From an uncultured cyanobacterium (GTDB taxonomy: Bacteria; Cyanobacteriota; Cyanobacteriia; Cyanobacteriales; CAWUOF01), in the NCBI GenBank assembly GCA_963744145.1, contig CAVUSO010000001.1:6112001-6176000 (forward strand): a stretch of DNA of 64,000 bases, read 5' to 3'. Every line of letters begins with the position of its first letter. Within the stretch, counting starts at the first letter, position 1. This document shows, in pieces, positions 10,720-21,436 of this stretch. The position numbers were made by a program, and so were the translations under genes. The notes below the pieces were generated by a model, which did no database searches, was not told the DNA's origin, and saw nothing but the letters and a program-made list of their open reading frames with translations.

Positions 10720-11415
10720 TCAAGGTTGGGCAAAAATATCTGTTATTAGGGTGGTTTGGATAGCTTGACTCAAAGATTCTGATTGAGACCAATATTTCTC
10801 AATCTGAGCATGAGGTGGAATTGGGATCAAAATACAAACCGCAATCCAAGGAGCGCGATGTTTTGATAATTGTGCCATCCGTTCTACCCAGAACCAATCA
10901 CTAGGAGTAGTATTACCACCTTCAGGCCAAGCATACCATTGAGTAACGGCAAATGTTTGTTTTTTGGTCAAGCCTCGAAAAAAATTTACTTCGATTTTGA
11001 TGAGTTTTTGAGTTTTTGATTTAGTGAGAATGGTAACTGGTAGGTGATGAAAAGAATCAGTTTGCCATTGTTGATAACTATTTAGATCGATCCATTCTAA
11101 CTGAGGCTGTTCATTCAGATTCGCTTGAGGTCGGAGTAGCAAAGAAATATCGGGTTGATTGAGACGGTGAATTTTTTGATTTGACCATTTGTGTTGACTA
11201 ATTTCGATGGTTTTCTGCTCTAAAGTTTTCCAACCGGACAGGGAAAGTCCCTGACTACGGATCTTGATGATTTGTGGGAAATTAGGAATTTCTGGTAATT
11301 TTTGCCATGACCAATTTCTAGCTGGAAATCCCAGTTTGACGATCGCTAGTAAAAAGACGATCGCTAGAATTTTTACCAATTGATATCGTTGCCATACTTT
11401 GATCAGAAAAAGCAT
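10720..11415 (-). CDS. Cyanoexosortase B system-associated protein
   Basis: QPQLEWIDL, TFAVTQWYAWPEGG...WFW...R.PWIAVCILIP; downstream of exosortase. Confidence 0.75.
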   Translation of the reverse strand: MLFLIKVWQRYQLVKILAIVFLLAIVKLGFPARNWSWQKLPEIPNFPQIIKIRSQGLSLSGWKTLEQKTIEISQHKWSNQKIHRLNQPDISLLLRPQANLNEQPQLEWIDLNSYQQWQTDSFHHLPVTILTKSKTQKLIKIEVNFFRGLTKKQTFAVTQWYAWPEGGNTTPSDWFWVERMAQLSKHRAPWIAVCILIPIPPHAQIEKYWSQSESLSQAIQTTLITDIFAQP

Positions 11416-11482
11416 TATTTGTAATTAATTTTCTCTGCAATTACTTTCATCAGATCAAGGTAATGATCTGGGTTTATTTTTT

Positions 11483-12379
11483 TCATCTATCATCGACTTT
11501 TTCTAATTTTTCAATTCTCATTAATATTGGTACTAATGTACTGAGGATTAAAGCGGAATATAGCTCTCCACCCCATCCTTGATTTAGCCAGTCAAAAGCT
11601 AATTCATCATTCATAGCATAAAAAAATATCAGGAAAATGTTGCGGATAATATTAGCAATTATACTAAGTATAATTGTCATAGTTAGAAACAGAATTGTTG
11701 TTTGAGTAGGTGGTAATTTTCTCTGTCTCCAGTACAGTAACATTAAGGCTAAATATAGACTAGTAAATACCATTTTTAAACTGCTAGCATGGGGGTTTGC
11801 TTCGATTAAATTTTCCCCGATATATAAATAAATTTGATCGACTTTAATATTAAGACCAAATGGATTTAAAATTAAGGCTGTTGCGTGGGCGATCGAAGTT
11901 TGCAGAGGTAAAAAATATGGAGTGATTAAATAGGGAATTTGGTTGGGAGTAGCTAACCATACTAATAATAGTGAAAATCCCTGGATTTGTAAACCAGGAA
12001 TACTTTTGAGCCAGAGACATAAACCAGTCAGAATAGTAGGAAAAGATAAATTAACTAAATCTGCTTGACCACTCTGATAAGCAATTCCTCCCAACAATAA
12101 TAATAGGACACCAAGGGGATGAGGGCGATCGGGCAATTTTTGCCATTGTCCACGATTGAACCAACAGAGCTGGACAGCATAAGGTAAGCCAATTATACCT
12201 TGACTAAAATATTCATGTTCAATACTAATATTTTTATGCAACCAACCATCATACCAATACCATAAAAGCGGAGCATACAAAAATGTTAGTAGTCCCAAAA
12301 TGAGACTACTCAAAATTGCTGGTGGGAATTTTAGGGTTAGTTGGTCTGGTGGTGGATGTAGGTTTTTTTTGTACATCAT
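11483..12379 (-). CDS. Cyanoexosortase B-like membrane protein (catalytic residues substituted)
   Basis: WYDGWLHKNISIEHEYFSQG, PLQTSIA, ANIIRN, GWGGELYS; multiple TM segments. Confidence 0.8.
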   Translation of the reverse strand: MMYKKNLHPPPDQLTLKFPPAILSSLILGLLTFLYAPLLWYWYDGWLHKNISIEHEYFSQGIIGLPYAVQLCWFNRGQWQKLPDRPHPLGVLLLLLGGIAYQSGQADLVNLSFPTILTGLCLWLKSIPGLQIQGFSLLLVWLATPNQIPYLITPYFLPLQTSIAHATALILNPFGLNIKVDQIYLYIGENLIEANPHASSLKMVFTSLYLALMLLYWRQRKLPPTQTTILFLTMTIILSIIANIIRNIFLIFFYAMNDELAFDWLNQGWGGELYSALILSTLVPILMRIEKLEKVDDR

Positions 12380-12848
12380 TGTTGATGGTTCGCGGTTTTA
12401 GCTGTGGTCCAATTAACAATGATTAATAGTTGATTTAATCTGGGCACATAGTTAATTATAGCCGATCGGAGATTGAAACTAAATTATGTTGAGATTTATG
12501 GCTATTTTTGAACTTACTCAAATGGTAATATATTTGTGATTGCTCTAGATATGCTTGATATAGTGTCAGCATTTTTTGTAATTGATCTAATTGACCCTGC
12601 TCTTGATGACAAGACTTGTCCATAGGAACTCATCTAATAGATAAATTAGAGATTTGGATAATTCCTTATACATAAGAATCTGCCAGCTTTCCTTAAAAAA
12701 GCCTAGATTTTTAAAGATTTTTCCCTCATGTCCAAAGTAGTTGGAGCTACTAGGTATCAATCAAGCGATCGGATTATGGACTTGTCGCAATTTGCCCGTG
12801 ATCATTCATAATGTATATGTTAATAGGAAGAGAGCGAGTGGATCAATA

Positions 12849-13256
12849 ATGTGGGTACTTTCTAAGCAATTCACCTTTGAAGCAGCCCATATCCTACCAC
12901 ACCACGAGGGGAAATGTAAAAGATTGCATGGCCATAGCTGGGTAGGATACGTTTATGTAATTAGCGATACTTTACAATCAAGTGGTAGTAGCGTAGGGAT
13001 GGTAATGGATTACACTGAAATCAAACAACATCTTAGTCCCATAGTTGATCATTATCTAGATCATTACTTTTTAAATGAAACATTAAACTTAGAAAACCCC
13101 ACCAGTGAAGAAGTTGCTAGATGGATCTACTACCAGCTAAAACCCTCTCTTCCTGGATTGTACGCGGTGAGGATTGATGAAACCTGTACCTCTCAATGTG
13201 TTTATATAGAAGCCGATCGCTTTGATACCTTAACCCATGCTATCATTACGGGGTAA
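12849..13256 (+). CDS. queD: 6-carboxytetrahydropterin synthase
   Basis: FEAAHILP..EGKCKRLHGHSW, LDH.FLNE, NPTSEE, ET; ATG at 12849. Confidence 0.92.
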   Translation: MWVLSKQFTFEAAHILPHHEGKCKRLHGHSWVGYVYVISDTLQSSGSSVGMVMDYTEIKQHLSPIVDHYLDHYFLNETLNLENPTSEEVARWIYYQLKPSLPGLYAVRIDETCTSQCVYIEADRFDTLTHAIITG

Positions 13257-13303
13257 GATCAGATTTATCGACCTAGTTGGGTGGAGACAAAATCCATTTT
13301 TGG

Positions 13304-15301
13304 TTATTTACCTAATAATTTATCCCGCAAATGTTTCAAGCGATCGCGATATTTAGCAGCTTGTTCAAATTCTAAATTTTTAGCTGCTTCTTTCATTTGT
13401 GCTTCTAACTGGGTAATTAATTCGGGAATTTGTTCTAAAGATAACTCATCAACTAATTCAGAGACAGTTTCTAATTGTTGCGAATTCAGTCGTCGCGAGA
13501 CATCTAAAAACGCTAAAATCGAATTATGGGATTTTTTCCTAATTGATTGTGGTGTAATTCCGTGCTTTTGATTATGAGCAATCTGAATACTCCGACGACG
13601 ATTAGTTTCAGTAATTGCTTTAAACATACTATCTGTTAAATTATCAGCATACATAATTGCTTGTCCTGCAATATGACGTGCTGCTCTACCAATAGTTTGA
13701 ATTAGCGATCGCTCAGTTCTTAAAAAACCTTCCTTATCCGCGTCTAAAATTGCGACTAAAGAAACTTCTGGTAAATCTAACCCTTCCCGGAGTAAATTTA
13801 CCCCAATCAAAACATCAAAAATCCCTTCCCGTAAATCTTGGAGAATTTCAATTCTTTGGATTGATTGAATTTCTGAATGTAAATAACGCACCTGAATTCC
13901 CCGTTCTTGCAAATATTCAGTTAAATCTTCAGCCATTCGTTTAGTTAAAGTTGTAATTAGCACCCGTTCTTGTCGCTGAACACGGGTGGTAATTTCCCCA
14001 AACAGATCATCAATTTGACCCTCAGTCGGACGGACAAAAATTTCTGGATCAATTACTCCAGTAGGACGAATAATTTGTTCAACAATGCGATTTTCGGAAA
14101 CTTCTATTTCCCAATTTCCAGGAGTAGCAGAAACAAAAATACACTGATTAACCTTATCCCAAAACTCCGTTGATTTTAAAGGACGATTATCCGCAGCACT
14201 AGGTAAACGAAATCCATTTTCAATTAACACTTTCTTCCGAGCTTGATCACCATTATACATCCCCCGAATTTGGGGAACAGTCACATGGGATTCATCAATA
14301 ACCAATAACCAATCTTTGGGAAAATAATCAATTAAACATTCGTTCGGTTCACCCGCATTTCTTCCTGCTAAAAACCGGGAATAATTTTCCACCCCATTAC
14401 AATATCCTATTTCTCTGAGTAGTTCTAAATCATAACGAGTCCGTTGTTCAATTCGTTGTGCTTCTAACAATTTTCCAGCTTGCTGTAATTCCCCAACTCT
14501 GAACTTTAATTCCTGTTCAATTTCTTGACAAGCTACTTCCAATCTATCATCAGGAGTCACAAAGTGACGTGCTGGATAGATATTTAAAGCTTCTACACTT
14601 TTGAGAATTTCTCCAGTCACAGGATCGACATAGCGAATTGCATCAATTTCATCACCAAAAAATTCGATTCTAATGATCCGATCTTCATAAGCAGGACCAA
14701 TTTCTAACACATCTCCACGTACCCGAAAACGTCCTCGTCCTAATTCGAGATCATTACGAGTATATTGAATGGTGACTAAATTCCTTAAAATTTGACGTTG
14801 ATTAACTTCTTGTCCCACTTGAAAAGGAATAGAAGCTTTCAGATATTCTGAAGGTATTCCTAACCCATAAATACAACTAATGGAAGCAACTACAATCACA
14901 TCACGACGTTCAAACAGCGATCGCGTAGCTGAGTGACGTAGCATATCAATTTCATCATTAATTGCCGCACTTTTTTCGATATAGGTATCAGTGACAGCAA
15001 TATATGCTTCCGGTTGATAATAGTCATAATAGCTAATAAAATATTCAACGGCATTATCCGGAAAAAATTCTCGTAATTCATTACACAATTGTGCTGCTAG
15101 AGTTTTATTATGTGCTAGAATTAGAGTAGGTTTACCAATTTTGGCAATTACTTGGGCTACTGTATAAGTTTTGCCAGTACCAGTCGCACCTAAAAGAGTT
15201 TGAAAACGATGACCAGCTTGTAAATAATTGACTAATTGGGCGATCGCTTGGGGTTGATCACCGGTGGGGAGAAAAGGTGCTTCGAGATGAAAATTAGTCA
15301 T
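13304..15301 (-). CDS. uvrB: Excinuclease ABC subunit B
   Basis: [32 protein letters not shown]-terminal UVR domain; likely ATG 15301. Confidence 0.98.
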   Translation of the reverse strand: MTNFHLEAPFLPTGDQPQAIAQLVNYLQAGHRFQTLLGATGTGKTYTVAQVIAKIGKPTLILAHNKTLAAQLCNELREFFPDNAVEYFISYYDYYQPEAYIAVTDTYIEKSAAINDEIDMLRHSATRSLFERRDVIVVASISCIYGLGIPSEYLKASIPFQVGQEVNQRQILRNLVTIQYTRNDLELGRGRFRVRGDVLEIGPAYEDRIIRIEFFGDEIDAIRYVDPVTGEILKSVEALNIYPARHFVTPDDRLEVACQEIEQELKFRVGELQQAGKLLEAQRIEQRTRYDLELLREIGYCNGVENYSRFLAGRNAGEPNECLIDYFPKDWLLVIDESHVTVPQIRGMYNGDQARKKVLIENGFRLPSAADNRPLKSTEFWDKVNQCIFVSATPGNWEIEVSENRIVEQIIRPTGVIDPEIFVRPTEGQIDDLFGEITTRVQRQERVLITTLTKRMAEDLTEYLQERGIQVRYLHSEIQSIQRIEILQDLREGIFDVLIGVNLLREGLDLPEVSLVAILDADKEGFLRTERSLIQTIGRAARHIAGQAIMYADNLTDSMFKAITETNRRRSIQIAHNQKHGITPQSIRKKSHNSILAFLDVSRRLNSQQLETVSELVDELSLEQIPELITQLEAQMKEAAKNLEFEQAAKYRDRLKHLRDKLLGK

Positions 15302-15305
15302 AAAA

Positions 15306-15839
15306 TTAGTCAAAATCGCGTCGATGATTGCGGGGTAAATAAATAGAGGTAACCTTACCAACAATTAAATCAGCAGGTAGAAATCCCCAGTAATGACTAT
15401 CATAGCTATTATTGCGATTATCTCCTAGCACAAAATAGGAATTTTGCGGCACTTTTTTCGGACCATATTCATAATCAGATGGTGCTAAAATATATGGTTC
15501 TGGTAAAGATTGATCATCAATATAAACCTGACCATTTTGGACTTTTACCGTTTCTCCAGGTAAACCAATAACCCGCTTGACAAAAACCTTGGTAAATTTT
15601 TCCTGTCGTAATCTTTCCGTCGGTTGAAAGACAATGATATCACCACGTTTAGGAGGAAAAGAACAGTAAACTCTTTTATCGACCAGAATATGGTCATTAA
15701 TAGCCAAAGTTGGTAACATGGCTTTGGATGGAATATAATATAGTCCAATGCGATCGTGGAAATTTGTCACTGGTTGAGAACAGGAGGGAGGAGTAACTGC
15801 AATCAGGACTAAGCTAGAGATACTTAAAAAAGAATACAT
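15306..15839 (-). CDS. lepB: Signal peptidase I paralog (catalytic Ser position is Ala)
   Basis: [41 protein letters not shown]. Confidence 0.85.
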   Translation of the reverse strand: MYSFLSISSLVLIAVTPPSCSQPVTNFHDRIGLYYIPSKAMLPTLAINDHILVDKRVYCSFPPKRGDIIVFQPTERLRQEKFTKVFVKRVIGLPGETVKVQNGQVYIDDQSLPEPYILAPSDYEYGPKKVPQNSYFVLGDNRNNSYDSHYWGFLPADLIVGKVTSIYLPRNHRRDFD

Positions 15840-15897
15840 AGTAAAATTTACTCATCCCTTGACGAATATATTTTTATTTTATCCTCTCGGTTCACCT

Positions 15898-15981
15898 GGT
15901 ACACCTTCGACTCCGCTCAGGGTACACCTTCGACTCCGCTCAGGGTACACCTTCGACGATCCTCAGAGCGAAGTCAAAGTG
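15898..15981. repeat. 23-bp tandem repeat (2 full + 1 partial) plus degenerate inverted copy; REP-like CTTCGACTCCGCTCAG family
   Basis: GGTACACCTTCGACTCCGCTCAG at 15898 and 15921, partial at 15944; CAGAGCGAAGTCAAAGTG at 15964-15981. Confidence 0.85.
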
Positions 15982-16072
15982 GTCGAAACAGGAGCCAAAA
16001 CATTTTACCAGAGATCTGATTTAATGTTAAACTGAGAAGAGAAAAATTAATTACAAGTTAGCGAGGTTTTAA

Positions 16073-16258
16073 ATGATGAGTGAAGATCACAGCGTCAATC
16101 TAGAAAATGCTGCCGAAACCAACCAAAACCTAGAAAATGAAAAAGCCAGCAAAGCATTAACTATTAAAGTTTATGAAAGAAAGTTTTTGCCAGCCAATCG
16201 CCCAATAGCCGACAATAATATTGAGGACATTGACTCATTAATTGGCTATCTTGACTAA
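16073..16258 (+). CDS. Small hypothetical protein
   Basis: 61-aa ORF with GAGG upstream and a hairpin downstream. Confidence 0.5.
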   Translation: MMSEDHSVNLENAAETNQNLENEKASKALTIKVYERKFLPANRPIADNNIEDIDSLIGYLD

Positions 16259-16466
16259 ACCAAAAATTTGATCTAAATTGAGAACCTTGATTTCGATAGA
16301 GATCCAGGTTCTTCCTATTTGCTAAACTAGCATCGCTATAATTAACCCATTCAATCCACTAATATCTGATCAGCCGCTCAAAATCTCGGAAAAGTTGAGA
16401 AAATATTTGGGAAATTAGCTGAACTTGCTATAATAACCAGGTTAAAAGATCCCTGTCGTAAAAATT

Positions 16467-17117
16467 ATGGAAATAGAAACAGATCACGAAATTGATTCAC
16501 TAGCAGATAAGGTGAACGAAGTAGCAGAAGAACTCAAAGAGGTAGAAAAAGATACAGACGAACTCAAAGAGGAACGAAAAAAACAAGCCCAAGAGCGAAG
16601 CTGGCTGAATCAAGTAGCACTTTCCACAGGGATTTTTTCAGCATTAGCCGCGATCGCTGCCATGCACGGTAACTACTTGGACACGGAAGGAATGCTGGCA
16701 AAATTGGAAGCCAATGACCAATGGAGTTACTATCAAGCCAAATCTACCAAACGTTTGATTTATGATTCTAACAAGATGCTGTTAGAATCCCTAGACAAAC
16801 CAGTGCCCTCAACCATAGTGGCAGAAACTAATCGTTTAGATCAAGAAAAAGCAGCCATTCAAGTGAAAGCTAACCAGCTAACAGCAGAATCATATTTATA
16901 TATAGAGCGTCACGAGCGTTTTGCCTCAAGTGTAACAGCTTTACAAGTAGCCATTTCCCTAGGAGCTGTAGCAGCCCTATTGCGAAAACGACAAGTTTGG
17001 TATCTCAGTTTAGGTATTGCGACAATTGGCTTAGGGTTTATCCTTTGGGGTCTCTATCCTAGTCCAGAAGGAGGAACAGAGTCGCCAGTCCCAGCAGTTT
17101 CATCTGTAGAAAAATAA
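16467..17117 (+). CDS. DUF4337-like membrane protein
   Basis: ANDQWSYYQAKSTK, LQVAISLGAVAAL; three TM segments. Confidence 0.7.
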   Translation: MEIETDHEIDSLADKVNEVAEELKEVEKDTDELKEERKKQAQERSWLNQVALSTGIFSALAAIAAMHGNYLDTEGMLAKLEANDQWSYYQAKSTKRLIYDSNKMLLESLDKPVPSTIVAETNRLDQEKAAIQVKANQLTAESYLYIERHERFASSVTALQVAISLGAVAALLRKRQVWYLSLGIATIGLGFILWGLYPSPEGGTESPVPAVSSVEK

Positions 17118-17180
17118 ATTATCAGTGTCCCAATCCCCTTCAAGGTCTACAATATTGGCAAGTGCTGACCGATACCTAAT

Positions 17181-17958
17181 GTGAGACCATCTATGCGCCT
17201 ATTGCGCTTTCTGTTGATTACCATTGTTAGCTTTTTGGTGTTTTGTGCAGCATTAATCGGTTGTTCAACACCAGTAAAGTCAGAAAATGCTAAACCCAGT
17301 CCAGAATTAGAAGCCCAAGTATTGCAGATTATTCGTAATAATCCGCAAGTAATTTTGGAATCAGTTCAGGCTTACCAGGAAAAAGAACAAAAGAAAATCC
17401 AGGCAGCAAGACAGTCATTTTTCCAGCAAATGATGACCAATCCAGCCGCAGTGATTGCAGAATCTCCCACCACGGGGGCTCCTGAGAAAAAAATTGTCCT
17501 GCTCGAATTTTCTGATTTTCAATGCCCTTTCTGTGCCCAGGCTCACGAAAGCGTGAAACAGTTCATGGATAAACATCAAGATCAAGTGACCTTAACTTAT
17601 AAGTATTTTCCCCTGACTTCAATTCATCCTCAAGCGATGCCCGCCGCGAAAGCAGCTTGGGCCGCAAGTCAACAAGGGAAATTTTGGGAGTATCACGACG
17701 CCCTATTTGAAGTACCAAAAAAATCTGGGAGAAGATTTATATCTGGCGATCGCCAAGAACCAAAATCTGAATCTCGATAAATTTAATCAGGATCGTAATA
17801 GTCCTGCGGCTGAGGCTGCAATTAAAAAAGATCAACAACTGGGTGAAAGTTTGGGAATATCCGGTACACCTTTCTTGTTTATGAATCAAGAAACTGTTCG
17901 TTCCTTTGAGTTACCGGCTTTAGAAGAAACCTTAACTCGTCTCACCAGTTCACCTTAA
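17181..17958 (+). pseudogene. DsbA-family thioredoxin-fold protein, frameshifted near 17707-17712 (possible sequencing error)
   Basis: EFSDFQCPFC and GKFWEYHDALF in one frame; KYQKNLGEDLY...GISGTP (cis-Pro loop) continues in another. Confidence 0.8.
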
Positions 17959-18024
17959 TCTTTTCTGCTCTGACATGATCACAGGTGCTGTGCCATCACC
18001 CAATTTAAAAATGAGCAAAAAAAA

Positions 18025-18079
18025 CTTAGTATTTGCACAAACCTTGAATTTTCCGATCAAGATCAAGGCAAATACTAAG
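18025..18079. terminator. Hairpin between convergent genes
   Basis: CTTAGTATTTGC ... GCAAATACTAAG inverted repeat preceded by an A-run. Confidence 0.55.
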
Positions 18080-18092
18080 CCTAATAATTGAA

Positions 18093-18800
18093 TTAAACCG
18101 TTGCTAATTCAGGTGTAGGACGTTTACTATTGCGAACACCAGCGATCGCCTCAGCATAATTTTTCGCATTAAACACCGCCGAACCGGCCACAATTGCATT
18201 AGCACCAGCTTCTAAAACTTGCCAGGTATTATTCACTTTCAAGCCCCCATCCACTTCAATCCAGGGATCTAAACCACGTTCATCGCACATTTGTCGTAAT
18301 TTGCGAATCTTGGGTAATACTCCTGGGATAAAGCTTTGTCCACCAAAACCAGGGTTAACACTCATGATCAGGACTAAATCACATAGCTCTAGAACATATT
18401 CAATTAGCTCTAGAGGGGTCGAGGGATTCAGAACCACACCAGCTTGTTTACCTAATTCTTTAATTTGGCCCAGAGTCCGGTGTAAATGGGGAGAAGCATT
18501 ATGTTCAGCATGAACGGAGATAATATCCGCACCAGCTTTAGCAAAATCTTCCACATATTTTTCCGGTTCCACAATCATCAGGTGAACATCTAGTGGTTTA
18601 GTGGTGACAGGACGAATAGCGGATACAATCAGTGGCCCAATGGTAATATTAGGAACAAAGCGACCGTCCATGACATCAACATGAATCCAATCTGCCCCAG
18701 CTTGATCTACCGCCCGAATTTCATCTCCGAGTCGGCTAAAATCAGCTGATAATATAGATGGAGCAACAACGATTGGTTTTTGAGATTGGCTTGTGGTCAT
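18093..18800 (-). CDS. rpe: Ribulose-phosphate 3-epimerase
   Basis: [40 protein letters not shown]. Confidence 0.98.
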   Translation of the reverse strand: MTTSQSQKPIVVAPSILSADFSRLGDEIRAVDQAGADWIHVDVMDGRFVPNITIGPLIVSAIRPVTTKPLDVHLMIVEPEKYVEDFAKAGADIISVHAEHNASPHLHRTLGQIKELGKQAGVVLNPSTPLELIEYVLELCDLVLIMSVNPGFGGQSFIPGVLPKIRKLRQMCDERGLDPWIEVDGGLKVNNTWQVLEAGANAIVAGSAVFNAKNYAEAIAGVRNSKRPTPELATV

Positions 18801-18895
18801 GGCTGAAAATACTCTCCTTTGTCCTCTTTGGTAATAATTTTAACAAAGTTTTTACAAAGACCTTATTTATTTATTGAGATTTTGGAGTAGGTTAC

Positions 18896-20494
18896 TTGGT
18901 GGTCGGCAAAATTTTTCCAAAAATATCTGGGATAGTGCTGGGGTTAACTTTAATCCCATTAAGTGTAATGGCGATCGTCCGCTCTGACTCAGTCGGATCA
19001 GCGGGAATTGATGCTCGCCGACTGCAACAGGCACCTTATAATTTAATTGGTCGGAAAATTGCCATTGGCCAAGTTGAAGTGGGCCGACCGGGACAATTTG
19101 GGATTGATAAAGCTGTTTCCCAGCATCGGGTGATGGATTTATCTCAAGTATTTTGGCGCGATCAGAAAGCCAAAAGTGATACTAATCTTGATCCTCACGC
19201 GGCTCAAGTAGCTAGTATTATCATCAGTCGAGATAAAGCTTTTCCTGGAATTGCTCCAGGAGCAAGATTATATGCTTCAGCGGTGGGTTCGATTCGCAAG
19301 AATGGACAACCAGAAGAGTGTTTAGCAGCACAGTATGTAGCCGAGCAAAATAGTAATGATGTCCGCGCAATTAACTTTAGTTTTGGGGAGTCATTAGATC
19401 AAGATCCACGTCCAAATGCGAATTTAGATGGTAATGCTTTGCTCACCCAATGTATAGACTGGTTAGCCAGAACTCATAACGTTCTTTATGTAGTTGCTGG
19501 TAATCAGGGTAAAGGTGGAATTCCGATTCCAACTGATAACTATAATGGCATAAATGTGGCTTTTTCAACCCGTCGAGACGGAATTTTTACGAAAGTTGAT
19601 TTTGCCAATTTAGGTAGTAATTTTTCAGGATTTCTCAGTCGGCTAGAAGGAAAAGAAGGTAATATTGATGGGAGAAGAGGGATTAGTTTAGTTGCTCCCG
19701 GTAGTAATCTGGCTTTGCTTGGTCTAGATGGGAAAGTAAGTTATGGTAGTGGAACCAGTTTTGCTGCTCCCCATGTCACAGCAACAGTAGCTTTATTGCA
19801 AGAATTTGGCGATCGGCAATTAAGAACTCACCAACCAAATTGGAGTATTAATTCTCGTCGTCACGAAGTAATGAAAGCAGTTTTAATGAATTCGGCTGAC
19901 AAAATTAAAGATGATGGTGATGGTTTATATTTAGGTATGACTCGGACTCTGATTGATCAACATAACCTCAATTGGTTAGAATCTGATGCTTATACTAATA
20001 AAAATATTCCCTTAGATAATCAAATGGGAACCGGTCATTTAAACGCTTTCCGAGCTTATCAACAGTTTAGTGCTGGTCAATGGTATCCTCAACAACCAAT
20101 TCCCCCGATCGGCTGGGATTATAACACTGTTGAAGTAAAAGGGAATACCTTTCAAGATTATCTTATTGGTAAACCTTTAAAACAAGGTAGTTTTGTGTCA
20201 ATTACCTTAGCTTGGGATCGGTTAATTGAGCTAAATGATTATCAAAAAAAGGGAGATTTTCAAATCGGAGCAACTTTTCGCGATCGGGGGTTAAATAATC
20301 TCCAACTCCAGTTAATTTCGATGGAAGATCAACAAGAAGTCTGGTCTTCTAATAGTCAGGTTGATAGTATTCAACATATTTTTCATCAAATTCCCAAAAC
20401 TGGACAATATAAAATTAGAGTTAAATATCAGAAACAAGCCAATGAACCGATTCAACCTTATGCGATCGCTTGGTGGACTGTACCCGATTCCTAA
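18896..20494 (+). CDS. S8 subtilisin-family serine peptidase, secreted
   Basis: Signal peptide; DPHAAQVA (His), VAGN oxyanion motif, GTSFAAPHV (Ser). Confidence 0.85.
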   Translation: MVVGKIFPKISGIVLGLTLIPLSVMAIVRSDSVGSAGIDARRLQQAPYNLIGRKIAIGQVEVGRPGQFGIDKAVSQHRVMDLSQVFWRDQKAKSDTNLDPHAAQVASIIISRDKAFPGIAPGARLYASAVGSIRKNGQPEECLAAQYVAEQNSNDVRAINFSFGESLDQDPRPNANLDGNALLTQCIDWLARTHNVLYVVAGNQGKGGIPIPTDNYNGINVAFSTRRDGIFTKVDFANLGSNFSGFLSRLEGKEGNIDGRRGISLVAPGSNLALLGLDGKVSYGSGTSFAAPHVTATVALLQEFGDRQLRTHQPNWSINSRRHEVMKAVLMNSADKIKDDGDGLYLGMTRTLIDQHNLNWLESDAYTNKNIPLDNQMGTGHLNAFRAYQQFSAGQWYPQQPIPPIGWDYNTVEVKGNTFQDYLIGKPLKQGSFVSITLAWDRLIELNDYQKKGDFQIGATFRDRGLNNLQLQLISMEDQQEVWSSNSQVDSIQHIFHQIPKTGQYKIRVKYQKQANEPIQPYAIAWWTVPDS

Positions 20495-20517
20495 TCAATT
20501 TATGAATAAAAAATAAA

Positions 20518-21141
20518 TTAATTACCACAATAGGCTTTAATTTTTGGGGCAAATTTGACCGAATTGCGATAATAGAAACTGGTGATAGCTGAAATTGATA
20601 AATTTAAGTCTGTAGCAATTTCTTTCCAGGTTTCACCATTACAATAGCGGAGAGCTAATGATTGATAATTAGCTTCGGGATGGTTGCGGATATATGTATT
20701 TTTTAAAATATTATCTGGATCAGATTCTAGATATTCTCTTACTAACTCTGACCGGGTTGGTTCTGGATTGGGACTTGGGATCTGCTCCTGATCAAATTTA
20801 TGAAGATTTTGGACAATATACTTGTCATTGATTTTGATCTGTGCTTCCGGAAAAAACCGATGATATAGCAAAAAATTTGCCCAGGTGATCAGTGAAGCAC
20901 GATTGGGATCATATTTTTCAATATTTTGGCAAATATATAAAAAGAGATTTTGCTTGACCTCCTCATAAATATCTTGATCCAATGGAGAAGGTTGAGCTAG
21001 AATAGGATAGTACAGTTTGCCCGATCGCATCATATAGTTACACAATTTACTTAAAGCCAAATATCGCTCTAAACTCCGAGGTGGATGTTGCTGGGCTAAT
21101 ATCGCTAGTTTGCTTAGATCTACGTCTGATGATGTGGTCAT
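20518..21141 (-). CDS. Sigma-70 family (ECF-like) sigma factor
   Basis: YEEVKQNLFLYICQNIEKYDP (region 2-like); GETWKEIATDLNLSISAITSFYYR (region 4 HTH). Confidence 0.7.
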   Translation of the reverse strand: MTTSSDVDLSKLAILAQQHPPRSLERYLALSKLCNYMMRSGKLYYPILAQPSPLDQDIYEEVKQNLFLYICQNIEKYDPNRASLITWANFLLYHRFFPEAQIKINDKYIVQNLHKFDQEQIPSPNPEPTRSELVREYLESDPDNILKNTYIRNHPEANYQSLALRYCNGETWKEIATDLNLSISAITSFYYRNSVKFAPKIKAYCGN

Positions 21142-21436
21142 ATCACTTATCCTACTTTTTCACCTAACTTCACCGTTAATTTCCTTGATGGACATTACAC
21201 CAGAAAGTCTCTTTCGACCGTTAGGTCTATTTGACTAGCGATCGCGGGATTTTCCAGTCTGTTTAACCGCTTTTGTATGAATCACATGACTGAGGTAAGC
21301 TTAATTCAGTAGGGATCAAATCGTCAAGAGGGGGTAAAAAAAATTTGTCGATAATTTTGCTGATTTGTGCGCCAAGACTCACGGGTATGAGAGAAAATGC
21401 TATGATAAAGATTCATTAAAAATCAAAATCTAAACT

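Noticed and set aside
12660..12720. preQ1 riboswitch upstream of queD
   Set aside because: An A-run is present, but no convincing P1 stem or conserved loop could be identified.
15898..15960. 23-bp direct repeats as a mini CRISPR array
   Set aside because: The repeats are contiguous with no spacers, and there are no cas genes.
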